Origin: Eledone cirrhosa
Lineage: Eukaryota
Assembly (NCBI GenBank): GCA_964016885.1
Contig: OZ024757.1
Span: forward strand, 3,472,001 to 3,536,000
DNA: 64,000 bases
Direction of reading: 5' to 3'
The notes below the pieces were generated by a model, which had not been told where the DNA came from, ran no database searches, and saw only the letters and a list, made by a program, of their open reading frames with translations. Each line of letters starts with the position of its first letter. Within the stretch, counting starts at the first letter, position 1. Of the stretch, positions 53,160-63,610 are shown in pieces. Position numbers and translations under genes: made by a program.

Positions 53160-54547
53160 CTAGCAGTAAAACCCGGCGTTGCTTGGGGTCGCTCAGTAGC
53201 TGTGTTAAAGTTACAATGTTAAGTTTCTTTTTTGGCTTAAAAACTGTAGTGTCTACTGTGCAGACTTGCATGTGGTGTTTTTGATTAATATTCCCTCAAC
53301 CAACAATATGCCTTATGAAGTTAAGAAAACATAACGATAACCCGAATGTTATAACAAAAGAGGATGCTGGGGATAAAAACTGCACTGGTTATTTATTAAC
53401 AAAGATCGAAAATGTAAACACTGCAACGCAGAGAAATACATTAGCGCAACCAAATTATCAGTTATGTCTGTCTGCACGCCTATATCACCTCTCTGCACGA
53501 CTGTCTGTCTGCACGACTGTCTGTCTGCACGCCTAACGACGAAATATTTGCTTGTTTTACGTAGTCTTTAAATAGACTTGTTTTCAAGTAAAAATATTGT
53601 TTTAAAATGCTTTTAAATGGAAATGAAGCAAAACGGAAGCTTAGTGTTCGAACTGATGAATTTTGCAGGTCAATAAAAGTTACAATGTTAAGTTTCTTTT
53701 TTGGCTTAAAAACTGTAGTGTCTACTGTGCAGACTTGCATGTGGTGTTTTTGATTAATATTCCTTCAACCAACAATATGCCTTATGAAGTTAAGAAAACA
53801 TAACGATAACCCGAATGTTATAACAAAAGAGGATGCTGGGGATAGAAACTGCACTGGTTATTTATTAACAAAGATCGAAAATGTAAACACTGCAACGCAG
53901 AGAAAAACATTAGCGTAACCAAATTATCAGTTATTATGTCTGTCTGCACGACTGTCTGTCTGCACGCCTATATCACCTCTCTGCACGACTGTCTGTCTGC
54001 ACGCCTATATCACCTCTCTGCACGACTGTCTGTCTGCACGCCTATATCACCTCTCTGCACGACTGTCTGTCTGCACGACTGTCTGTCTGCACGCCTAACG
54101 ACGAAATATTTGCTTGTTTTACGTAGTCTTTAAATAGACTTGTTTTCAAGTAAAAATATTGTTTTAAAATGCTTTTAAATGGAAATGAAGCAAAACGGAA
54201 GCTTAGTGTTCGAACTGATGAATTTTGCAGGTCAATATTTTGCTGGCTCGACAACTGTGTTAATGTCATTTTAAACGCTGAGAAAGCCAGCGTAATTTTT
54301 TACGTAAGACGCTCAATGTAAACAGAACAAAGGGAAATAACTGATAACTTACGCTCAAAAATCGATACATTATATTCGATTTCGTCACATAGGGTGGGTC
54401 AATTTGAAATTTTTTTTTTCCGATGTCTTCGCTAGGGCTCAATGTACAAGTAAAGCAATTTCGGTGCAATTCCGTGAGAGATTCTAAGAGGAGATGTGTG
54501 CCAAAAATCGATAGACAGACAGACAACCACAGTTTTATATATATAGA
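53160..54547 (-). mobile_element. Non-autonomous Helitron with an internal ~469-bp tandem duplication and a minisatellite
   Basis: Minus strand starts A|TCTATATATATAAA and ends CCCAAGCAACGCCGGG-TTTTACTG-CTAG|T (5' TC, subterminal hairpin, 3' CTAG, AT target). 53207-53675 is repeated at 53676-54237. Confidence 0.75.
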
Positions 54548-54712
54548 TATATAGCTGAAGCTAGGTATGTTACTATAGTCACTACCTTAAATTCATAGCG
54601 AAAGGCCTTCAAAATGTTTTAAAATAAACATACAGTATATTTCTTAATATACAATACGTACAATCATATATCCATCGATATTTCAGAGCTCCAACACACA
54701 CACACACACACA

Positions 54713-54763
<51 letters not shown>

Positions 54764-54793
54764 AGATCAAAAGATGGTTAAAGGAGTTCCATA

Positions 54794-54864
54794 TATTTTA
54801 TTATGCGCATTTCAAAAACAAACATCATCAAACAATAATATTTGCGTTTTCATCAGATAAAACA
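54794..54864 (-). ncRNA. Type I hammerhead ribozyme (family A)
   Basis: Reverse complement of 54988-55058. Confidence 0.8.
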
Positions 54865-54987
54865 GGAGAACATGATATGAAGGCTAAAAAACACTTGTTG
54901 ATAGTGCAGTTTTAAATCAACATATGATATGTTGATTTAAAACTGCACTATCAACAAGTGTTTTTTAGCCTTCATATCATGTTCTCC

Positions 54988-55058
54988 TGTTTTATCTGAT
55001 GAAAACGCAAATATTATTGTTTGATGATGTTTGTTTTTGAAATGCGCATAATAAAATA
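54988..55058 (+). ncRNA. Type I hammerhead ribozyme (family A)
   Basis: tgttttat CTGATGA aaacgcaaat...gtttgttttt GAAA tgcgca TA ataaaata. Stem I closes; stem III is the palindrome ATGCGCAT; cleavage triplet AUA. Confidence 0.8.
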
Positions 55059-55182
55059 TATGGAACTCCTTTAACCATCTTTTGATCTTATATTATGCAT
55101 ACTCCAGTCCCACAAATTGTAGAGTGCTTCTTATCCGATATCTGCATTGCTTTATTGTACTACAATAAAACTCACCTCCTAC

Positions 55183-55230
<48 letters not shown>

Positions 55231-55231
<1 letters not shown>

Positions 55232-55420
55232 GTAGGTCCCGGGTTGAGTCGGGGATAACCACAGTAAGTAAGGTACTCAATACATGGCAGAGTAAAATTT
55301 TTTTATTTTATAGAAGGAGCTTCTACAGGACTAGTACTGTTTCATTCAGATGAAATCTTCAGGAAACATCTGAATGAAACAGTACTAGTCCTGTAGAAGC
55401 TCCTTCTATAAAATAAAAAT
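55231..55420 (-). mobile_element. Penelope-type pLTR fragment (family B) with a local inverted duplication, within (TA)n
   Basis: Homologous to 56021-56159 and 57962-58158; inverted arms at about 55301-55352 and 55367-55418. Confidence 0.75.
55318..55366 (-). ncRNA. Type I hammerhead ribozyme (family B), short stem I
   Basis: Minus strand: tttc CTGAAGA tttcatctgaat GAAA cag tactagtc ctg TA gaagct. Confidence 0.7.
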
Positions 55421-55461
55421 ATATATATATATATATATATATATACGTATATATATATATA

Positions 55462-55955
55462 AACGGAAAAAATGAAACGAAATTTCATTTCTCACTCTTA
55501 GTACGGCTGTTACTTAAATATAAGTATGTATACGTACATACATATATGTATACAGACGTACAGTAGTATGTATATATATATACATACATGCACACATATA
55601 TATATGTACGTATGGGTTCACCGAACATTTATTATAATGCTCGGTGTGTTTGTAAACAAACATCCCGAATTAAGACGTTCAATCATCTGGCAGGAAGGTA
55701 TACGTTGCTGACGATAACTAATAAGCTTGAAACTAGTACAGCGTTCCTTTGTCAGGGTTGAACAAATGAGCAACGATGGTTGCTAGACACTGTACGGCTT
55801 AATTCGGGATGTTTGTTTACAAACACACCGAGCATTATAATAAATGTTCGGTGAATCCATACGTACATATATATATATGTGTGCATGTATGTATGTATAT
55901 ATATATATACATACTACTGTGCGTCTGTATACATATATGTATGTACGTATACATA

Positions 55956-55962
<7 letters not shown>
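55462..55962. mobile_element. Family X Penelope-type repeat arranged as inverted arms (55518-55674 and 55798-55962) around a hammerhead
   Basis: The arms are near-exact reverse complements; the spacer carries the ribozyme. Confidence 0.8.
55702..55744 (+). ncRNA. Type I hammerhead ribozyme (family X)
   Basis: acgttg CTGACGA taactaataagctt GAAA ctag TA cagcgt; stem I covaries with the 52278 copy. Confidence 0.82.
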
Positions 55963-56020
<58 letters not shown>

Positions 56021-56023
<3 letters not shown>

Positions 56024-56295
56024 TAAGTTCTTCCGGGTTGAATCGGAGGTAACCACAGTAAGTAAGGTACTCAATACATAGCAGAGTATAACAGTTTTAA
56101 TATAGATGAGATTCTACAGGACTAGAACTGTTTCATTCTTTAGAAATCATCAGGAATCTGGCTTTCGAAAATAAATGTTGTAGTATTTATATCTTTTCTG
56201 GTGGTAGGAGAGGGTGGGGAGTGTGATGGGTGGAGGTCACTGGTTGAAAGAAAAGGGAATTCATTAAAAGCTAATTCTTTAAGGCCACAATTTAT
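56021..56295 (-). mobile_element. Penelope-type pLTR fragment (family B) directly downstream of the mGluR exon
   Basis: 56021-56159 is homologous to the other family B copies and is bounded by TA runs. The extent to about 56295 is inferred. Confidence 0.65.
56109..56159 (-). ncRNA. Type I hammerhead ribozyme (family B), intact core
   Basis: Minus strand: agattc CTGATGA tttctaaagaat GAAA cag ttctagtc ctg TA gaatct. Stem I is 6 bp, stem III is ACAG/CTGT, cleavage triplet GUA. Confidence 0.85.
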
Positions 56296-56316
56296 ATTTA
56301 TATATATAAAACTTAC

Positions 56317-56549
56317 CTGTACAGGGTTCCATGTACTCGGGTTTTCTCTCGCTACCCTCAAGGTAACACTCGAACTTTTCCTGCCAAAATTCCTGGAACC
56401 ACGGGTTTCGGCTGTTATTGTAAGGCTTCAGATTGAGAAAATGGTGATCGAAGTATCTTATTGCTGGTGAATAGAGCTTGATCGATATTCCTCCTGTTGC
56501 TTCATCCATGTTGTTCTTAACTACGTCTGATCTGGTGGCCCAACCATCG
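56317..56549 (-). CDS. mGluR: Internal exon (233 bp) of a metabotropic glutamate receptor, group I (mGluR1/5)-like, Venus-flytrap domain
   Basis: (S)DGWATRSDVV...EATGGISIKLYSP.IRYFDHHFLNLKPYNNSRNPWFQEFWQEKFEC...CT(G). Acceptor ...gttgtccAG at 56550-56551 with a pyrimidine-rich tract; donor G|GTAAGT at 56311-56316; the phases give exactly 77 whole codons. Confidence 0.95.
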
Positions 56550-56609
56550 CTGGACAACACAATATACAGAAATACAGAAATACAGACAGTTTAAAATAAG
56601 ATGATTTTT

Positions 56610-56900
56610 AGTGTGTGTGTGTGTGTATGTGTGTGTGTATCTATGTGTGTGTATGTATCTGTGTGTGTGTATGTCTATGTAAGTATCTCTGTGTGTGTAT
56701 GTATCTGTCTATGTACATGTATGTATCTGGGAATGTGTATGTATGTGTATGTGTGTGTACGTGTATGTATGTATCTTAGTGTGTATGTCTATGTATATAT
56801 ATATCTGCCTATATGTATATATGTATCTGTATATATCTGTGAGTTATGTATATATCTGCTATGTGTATATGCATAGATATCTGTGAGTGTATGTATCTGC

Positions 56901-56978
<78 letters not shown>

Positions 56979-57060
56979 CATACACATATATATATATATA
57001 TACATACATATTTTCATACATATATATATACATACATACATACATACATATATATATATA

Positions 57061-57138
<78 letters not shown>

Positions 57139-57156
57139 TGTAAATATATATATATA
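56610..57156. repeat. Compound (GT)n/(TA)n/(TACA)n microsatellite
   Basis: Read directly. Similar (TA)n tracts occur at about 53110, 54720, 55185, 55960, 57920, 58690, 58855-59108, 59435 and 59650. Confidence 0.95.
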
Positions 57157-57914
57157 GGGCGGGTAAAATTCCCGAGATCCATGGACGAGTTCTCTTCAGC
57201 AGTCTCTGTCCCTCATTATCGCTGCCATGTCCTGCATCTCCAACAGACCAGTGTCTGTCCTTAGGGCATCTACATACGTTAACCTTGGTCTTCCTCTTCC
57301 AGTGTGTCCTGTAGGGGCTCCCACAGGACCACTGAGTGCAGTGTCAACTCTGAATGTCGGTGAACATGTCCAGCTAACCTCAGTCTCCTCTGTGTTACTT
57401 TCGACCTGACTTTTGGGAGGCTCCCATACAGCTCTGAGTTTTTCATTCTAAGTGTATACTGATTAATGTTCAGAGCCATCCTCAGCATTCTCGTATAGTA
57501 CCCATCCACCATCTGAGTGAGTCTCTTGGTCAGTGTCCAAGTCTCAGACCCGTACAGCAGCACAGACTCCACTACAACAATGAGGCGGATTTTCAGGTCT
57601 TTACGAAGGTCCGACTTCCACACAGATCTCAAGCTGTGGCACGCCGCCCTGGCTTTGCTCTTCCTCTCAACCACATCATCTTCCATATTCCCAATCTTTG
57701 CTCCCAAATACAGGAAGTCCTCAACCAATTCTAGCGGCTTGCCGCCTAGATTAGTGATCGCCTCTGGCTTCTCAACATTCTCTACCAGATATTTTGTTTT
57801 GGTCTCATTCATTCTCAGCCCCACACTCATCGACACAGTCTCAACCTCCTGCATCAACTCCTCTGCCTCCTTCACTGTATTTGTCACCAAAACTATGTCG
57901 TCGGCAAATTCAGC

Positions 57915-57915
<1 letters not shown>
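57157..57915 (-). mobile_element. 5'-truncated RTE/RTE-X-type LINE (RT C-terminal half), flanked by (TA)n
   Basis: EFADDIVL, GLRMNETKTKY, VEDFLYLG, VESVLLYGSETWTLT, DGYYTRMLRMALNI, RRLRLAGHVHRH, LWEP and a frameshifted RRGRP. Confidence 0.9.
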
Positions 57916-57961
<46 letters not shown>

Positions 57962-57964
<3 letters not shown>

Positions 57965-58158
57965 TTAATATAGAGGAGCTTCTACAGGACTAGAACTGTT
58001 GCATTCGTGAGAAATCATCAGGAAGCTTCCTGATGATTTCTCACGAATGAAACAGTTCTAGTCCTGTAGAAGCTCCTCTATATTAAAACATTATACTCTG
58101 CTATGTATTGAGTACCTTACTTACTGTGGTTACCTCCGATTGAACCCGGAATAACTTT
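57962..58158 (+). mobile_element. Family B pLTR fragment with a 64-bp-arm palindrome (57962-58089, centre GGAAG|CTTCC)
   Basis: The arms are reverse-complementary with one mismatch; the tail is homologous to the reverse complement of 56021-56100. Confidence 0.85.
58024..58074 (+). ncRNA. Type I hammerhead ribozyme (family B); its mirror copy at 57977-58027 (-) has GAAA changed to GCAA
   Basis: agcttc CTGATGA tttctcacgaat GAAA cag ttctagtc ctg TA gaagct. Confidence 0.85.
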
Positions 58159-58251
58159 ATATATATATATATATCCTGGAGCTTCCAACAGTAATGGTTG
58201 CATTTTCTTTAAGGGTATGTCAATATTTATTTATAAAACTGATATATATTG

Positions 58252-58316
58252 TGTTTTGTCTGATGAAAGCATACCATAATTTAACGTGGTGTCCTTGAAA
58301 TATGTATAATAAAATA
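58252..58316 (+). ncRNA. Type I hammerhead ribozyme (family A-like)
   Basis: tgttttgt CTGATGA aag-c-atacca-taatttaacg-tggtgt-c-ctt GAAA tatgta TA ataaaata. Confidence 0.78.
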
Positions 58317-58443
58317 GATATGGTTTTATAAATATAGTTTCCATTTGTTAATATCGTATATGTATATATATATATTTATATATGACGGCGTTGAATTTGT
58401 TTTGCAAGGTTTTTTATATGAAATCGTGATCGAAACAAATATT

Positions 58444-58686
58444 GTTATACTTGGGGAGGGTCATATTGTTGTAAGAGTATTGCCAGAATTAATAAAAGAA
58501 CACACTCACTGTTTGGTTGGTTTTCGCTTCTCTATCTTTTATATCTCCATAGTGCTAAACATTGATTGCCAAATAAGTTAACTATGGAGATATAAAAGAT
58601 ACAGAAGCGAAAACCAACCAAACAGTGAGTGTGTTCTGTTATTAATTCTGGCAATATTATTACAACAATATGACCCTCCCCAAGTA

Positions 58687-58690
<4 letters not shown>
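58444..58690. repeat. Inverted repeat with ~110-bp arms (58444-58553 and 58581-58690); related copy at about 59310-59425
   Basis: The arms are reverse complements with few mismatches. Confidence 0.85.
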
Positions 58691-58737
<47 letters not shown>

Positions 58738-58740
<3 letters not shown>

Positions 58741-58777
58741 GGAACGAGTAGGACCCCGGGGTCCTACTCGTTCCTAT
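58738..58777. repeat. Perfect 40-bp palindrome
   Basis: ATAGGAACGAGTAGGACCCC|GGGGTCCTACTCGTTCCTAT. Confidence 0.9.
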
Positions 58778-58852
58778 TACCCACTCTACTACCTTACTAT
58801 TGAGTACTTTGGTATGCTATGGTCCATCTGGTTCCTTACCACATTTCCTTCG

Positions 58853-58899
<47 letters not shown>

Positions 58900-58946
58900 A
58901 ATACATATATATATATATATATATACATACATACATATATATATAT

Positions 58947-59072
<126 letters not shown>

Positions 59073-59171
59073 ATATATATGTATATATGTATATATATAT
59101 ATATATATGAGAAACAAGATGGCGTAGGACAGAACAAAGGAGAGGCACAAAAACAAAGAGAAGAATCCCCA

Positions 59172-59214
59172 GTCACTGAAGAGGTCACAGAATGTGTGAC
59201 GAAAGAACTTTGAC
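59172..59214 (+). ncRNA. Type I hammerhead ribozyme (family C), slightly degenerate
   Basis: gtca CTGAAGA g gtcaca-gaatg-tgtgac GAAA gaac TT tgac; one extra G before stem II and a minimal stem III. Confidence 0.65.
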
Positions 59215-59424
59215 AATATATAAACAACCATCTGGTTGTGGAACCAACCAACCAACCGGAAATTTATAAATTCCTAAATTTATAAATTTATTGTAATAAA
59301 TTGAAGTGAAAGCAACTGGTGCGTGTGTTTCTTATTGGCAACATGACCCTCCCAAAGTATAACAATATCGGTTTCAACACACGTTTTCAGATAAAGAATC
59401 TTGCTAAACAAATTCAGAAACGAA

Positions 59425-59492
<68 letters not shown>

Positions 59493-59642
59493 CGATAAAT
59501 TAACGGAGGCATAGGCCCTCGCTATTCCCGTGTCTATAGTCTGCCTTTCATAGGTTATAGATTCCATACACTGGTGGTTTTTTCCCCTGTTTTATTGATA
59601 ACGCACTGTATATCTCTCTCTGGTGTGTTACCTTTTCAACAT

Positions 59643-59696
<54 letters not shown>

Positions 59697-59698
<2 letters not shown>

Positions 59699-60621
59699 CA
59701 TAAATGAGAACCTTAAATATGTAAATACGAGTTCTAACCATCCACCCTCTATAATTAAATCCATCCCTAGAAATATTTCCCTTAGAATCTCCCGCCTGTC
59801 GTCCAACCAGCAAACCTTCAAAGAACATGCCGAATATTATGATGATGCACTTAGGAAGGCTGGACACCTAGATAATATAGAGTATATAGTCGACGATCAC
59901 CAAAACACCCAAAATAAATCTCAGAGAGGTAGAAATAGCATAGAATCACCACCATACACACACTACCGCAATAGACACAATAATAGTCGCACACCACCAA
60001 ACAGAAGGCGATGTAAAGAGTATATATGGTACAACCCGGTCTATAACAACTCTATTAAAACCAATCTACCCTCACAATTCTTTCGATTAGTTAAAAAACA
60101 CTTTCCAACATCACATAAATATAATAAAATCTTAAACCCTAACACTATTCGACTTTCATATTCAACCGCCCCTAATATTGAACAACATATAAAAAAGCTT
60201 AACGCAAAACGGTTGTATAAACGCCTTCCAACACATAACAATACACGTAAAACATCAGCTATAACATCACAAAACAACAAACAACATCCCGTCCTACCTA
60301 AGCAACCTCATCAACCCATTCATGCCAATACAACAACGCAAAATTATAATTGTAACTGTGTCCAACCAGGAATGTGTCCGTTGAACAATCAGTGTCTTGA
60401 ACGCAACATCATATACAAATGTACTATCGAATCGGATAGCCAGAAGTGGTACTATGTGGGGTCTACAGCTATCTCCTTCAAATCTCGCCTTTATAGACAT
60501 CGTTACTCGATAAAACATGAAAACCAGTGTTATGTAACAACACTCGCAGACAAGGCTTGGCAGCTGCGCGAAAATAACCAGCAATTTAACCTAAAATGGG
60601 ATATAATAGCAACTGCCCCTC
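59697..60621 (+). mobile_element. Penelope-like element ORF fragment (RT thumb, linker, GIY-YIG endonuclease), Naiad-like
   Basis: YVNTSSNHPPSIIKSIP, IWYNPVY, KHFP..HKYNKILNPNTIRLSYS, CNCVQPGMCPL (CxCx5C), IIYKC...YYVGST..FKSRLYRH. The frame is open for about 300 codons and begins at a (TA)n tract. Confidence 0.88.
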
Positions 60622-60835
60622 CTTGTTCCTGTATTGCATAGAGATATCCCTCAAGGTGTGATGTCATAAACTTGTTGGAACTCCATGCCAGGCTTTTTGA
60701 GTGGTTTATCCCCTCTATGGTCTGTGTTTTACGTCTCAAGTATCCATGCACAACCTTTTCTGTAAATTGGTCAATTTTTTCATCTTGTTTGAAAATTGAA
60801 TAGGATCTTCCGAATTCTCTGGGTGAGAGACTTAT
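60622..60835 (-). mobile_element. Short R4/Dong-type LINE fragment
   Basis: Near-identical to about 62956-63166; encodes FTEKVVHGYLRRK...MTSHLEGYLYAIQEQ. Confidence 0.85.
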
Positions 60836-60850
60836 ATATGTATGTATGTA

Positions 60851-61406
60851 CTCATGGTCGGGTCGTTGGCGACTAAACTGGCAACCCCACCAACGTTTCT
60901 TGGTGAGGAGGGTGACTTTTGACATCCTGCAGGACTAAAAACAAAACCTGTCAAAGGGCAAAGGAGCTCTTAAGAGTCAATGGCCATCCAAAATCACCGG
61001 GAGAGATGACCCCTTAGCCTTTGTCAAGGCAGAATTCTAGGAGAAGGAAAACTCTGATATAACACCTGCAACTCTGATGGTATCCAATGATGATACTTGT
61101 TCTTCTTTTTGGTAAATATCATCTTGGTTAAGAGAGTGGGACTGGCTTTGTCCAGTGCCTTTGCTCACTATAAAAGCTTCACAGCACAGGCATTGCTTTA
61201 TATCTGGAGATCTCTCTTCACTTGTCGTCACATGGTACCATGGGCCCAGCACTATGTGTCAATAATTGTCACAAGTGTAGTGTTTGTACCAGAGTTTTCA
61301 AGTCGCTGGCTGGACTAAAAAGTCACACTCGTTCAGCACATCGGTAGGAGTTCTCCTACATGGATATAAAGTAGTGGCCGTACTCGAAAACGAGTTGGCA
61401 GCCACC
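60851..61406 (+). mobile_element. Element Y, slightly 5'-truncated, with (TATG)n on both sides
   Basis: Near-identical to 51520-52073. Confidence 0.85.
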
Positions 61407-61744
61407 ATGTATGTATGTCTGTGTGTGTGTGTATGTATGTATGTACGTTTGAATGTATATGTGTATGTATGTACGTTTGAATGTATATGTGTATGTATGT
61501 ATGTATATATGTATATGTTCTTCTGGTTTTATAATTTCACAAATTTTTACCAATAGAGAGAGTCAGTTTCTAACATAGACACAAGACTCTCTCATTGGAA
61601 TTTACACAACATCAACTAGGTAGATTATGTATGAATGCATGTGTAGATATGGATGTTATTGTATGTGTGGATGTGTATGTTTTCAGTTGTATGTGTGTAT
61701 GTGTATATGCAGTTATTAGATGCAAAATGTATGTATGCATGTAT

Positions 61745-62199
61745 GACAAAACAAAACCTGTCAAAGGGCGGAAGAACTCATGAGAGTCAACGGCCATCCA
61801 AAAGTGTGTAAATATGTATATACACATGTACATATGCATGTATATGTATATATGTATATGCATGTGTGCATGTGTATGTATATGCGCGGGGACATAGAAA
61901 TAGTCGGGCTGGACACCCGATCGAGTGGTTAAACCACTAGGAGTGAAGGACCCCTTGCCTTTGTCAGGGCATTCTTCTAGGTGAAGGCAACTCAGGAAAC
62001 TCCGATATAAAACCTGCGGCTCAGTAGTTACCGATGATGTTGATCTTTTCTTCTTTTCGGGTTATAGCTACTGTCGCTCAGAGAGTGGGATTGGCTCAGT
62101 GCACAGTCTTTCCTCACTTTAAACAATATCTTCACGCACAGGCATTGCACGATAGCATATCGTGCAATGGCCATACTCGATAACGAGGGGGCAGCAATC
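61745..62199 (+). mobile_element. Diverged relative of element Y, interrupted by microsatellite, with an (ATGT)n tail
   Basis: Shares AAAACAAAACCTGTCAAAGGGC, GAGAGTCAAYGGCCATCCAAAA, TCTAGGWGAAGG, GAGAGTGGGA and the 3' hairpin GCCATACTCG-ATAA-CGAG. Confidence 0.7.
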
Positions 62200-62246
62200 A
62201 TGTATGTATGTGTGTATGTATGTATAAGTGTGTGTATGTATGTATG

Positions 62247-63610
62247 TTTTCTCTTTCTCTTAATTTCGAGTATATTTTTTTGACCGGCCACCTTCCTGGT
62301 GGCAAGGTTGTAAATGAAAAGAAATTGTCATCCCTTGAATAGCAAGAATGTTTTGCAAATTTTGAAGGTGCCAGCTATCGCAGCCATTTGTAGACTATGA
62401 ATTAGGGAGCTGCGCTCTTTGTCCGCAAATCCAAGTTCAGTCATACTTTGGTCCAAGCGGGTTGGTATATAACCCGTAGCACCAATATTGATGGGTATGA
62501 AGCTAAAGGTGTATCTTGGATACTGGATTTGTAAACTCCTCATCAATGGTCCATAGATGTCCTCCTTCTCCTGTATTTTTCTGACAACGTTTACATCATG
62601 TGGGCAGCTGATCTCCAGAACAGAACACGTTTTCAATGTGTGGTCCCAAACTACACTATCAGGCCGGTTGTGCTTTAATTTGGTGGCAGTTTTTATTTTC
62701 AGGTTCCACAAGTATTCCTTAGTGCCATCTGTCTCAATATATTCTACCTCGTTTGTTGTTAATTTTGTTTTCCGAAGTGCGGTCCAGATGGTTCTAGCTA
62801 TCCCATCGTGTTTCATGGGGAGGTAGTAGCGAGATGACATTCTTTCGCAGCTGGCAACAATGTAGCTTACATCCTCGATCTTTGTTTTACATAGGCTACA
62901 TTTATTGTCAGCTGCTGGCCCTCCTCTTTTGTGCAGCAGATATTTGGTAGGGAGTTCTTGTTCCTGTATTGCATAGATACATCAAGGTGTGATGTCATAA
63001 ACTTGTCGGAACTCCATGCCAGGCTTTTTGAGTGGTTTATCCCTTCTATGGTCTGTGTTTTACGCCTCAAGTATCCATGCATAACTTTTTCTGTAAATTG
63101 GTCAATTTTTATATCTTGTTTGAACATTGAATAGGATCTTCCGATTTCTCTGGGTGAGAGATTTATATCAGGCTTTATTCCATATCTCTCCTCCAGATCA
63201 GTCGCTATTCTAATGATATTTCTTTTTTCATGCTCATAAACCTGGGCAAGATGGTTGCCAACCTTTTTCCTCTGTTGAAGGTGTTGCGTCAGTGTTACTA
63301 TCCAGGTCTCATATGTTGTTAATATTAATTTTAGACCCCGGCCACCTTCCTTGAATGAGAAGTATAGCCTATCCACATCACCATTGATGTTAAAGTTCCC
63401 AGTAACACTGAGAAGTTTGCGAGTACTAACATCCATCTCACTTAGTTCTTGCAATGACCAGTTCAGTAGGCCAAATGTTGGCGTTTAAATTGTCACAGCA
63501 TAAGTATTGTGGGCAATGTATTTGTTGTATGCTGACAGTTCTGATGACCATATTTTCTTTACTCTTCTGAGGTATTCAGTTCTGGTTCTCTCCTTATTTA
63601 TGGGTCCATC

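Larger units (their letters stand above)
54756..55096. repeat. Perfect palindrome, 170-bp arms with a 1-nt spacer at 54926 (inverted Penelope-type pLTR fragments, family A)
   Basis: The arms read as exact reverse complements, and each contains a hammerhead. Confidence 0.92.

Noticed and set aside
53652-54225. CTGATGA motifs in the Helitron duplicate (about 53653 and 54215) as hammerheads
   Set aside because: No downstream stem II plus GAAA and no closing stem I.
56279-56316. ORF extensions beyond the mGluR exon (KFYIYKYKLWP, and MLS at the other end)
   Set aside because: They lie beyond the canonical GT and AG splice sites and are intronic read-through.
61551-61597. Small hairpin CAATAGAGAGAGTC...GACTCTCTCATTG as an ncRNA
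   Set aside because: Short, single and without other support; probably a repeat remnant.
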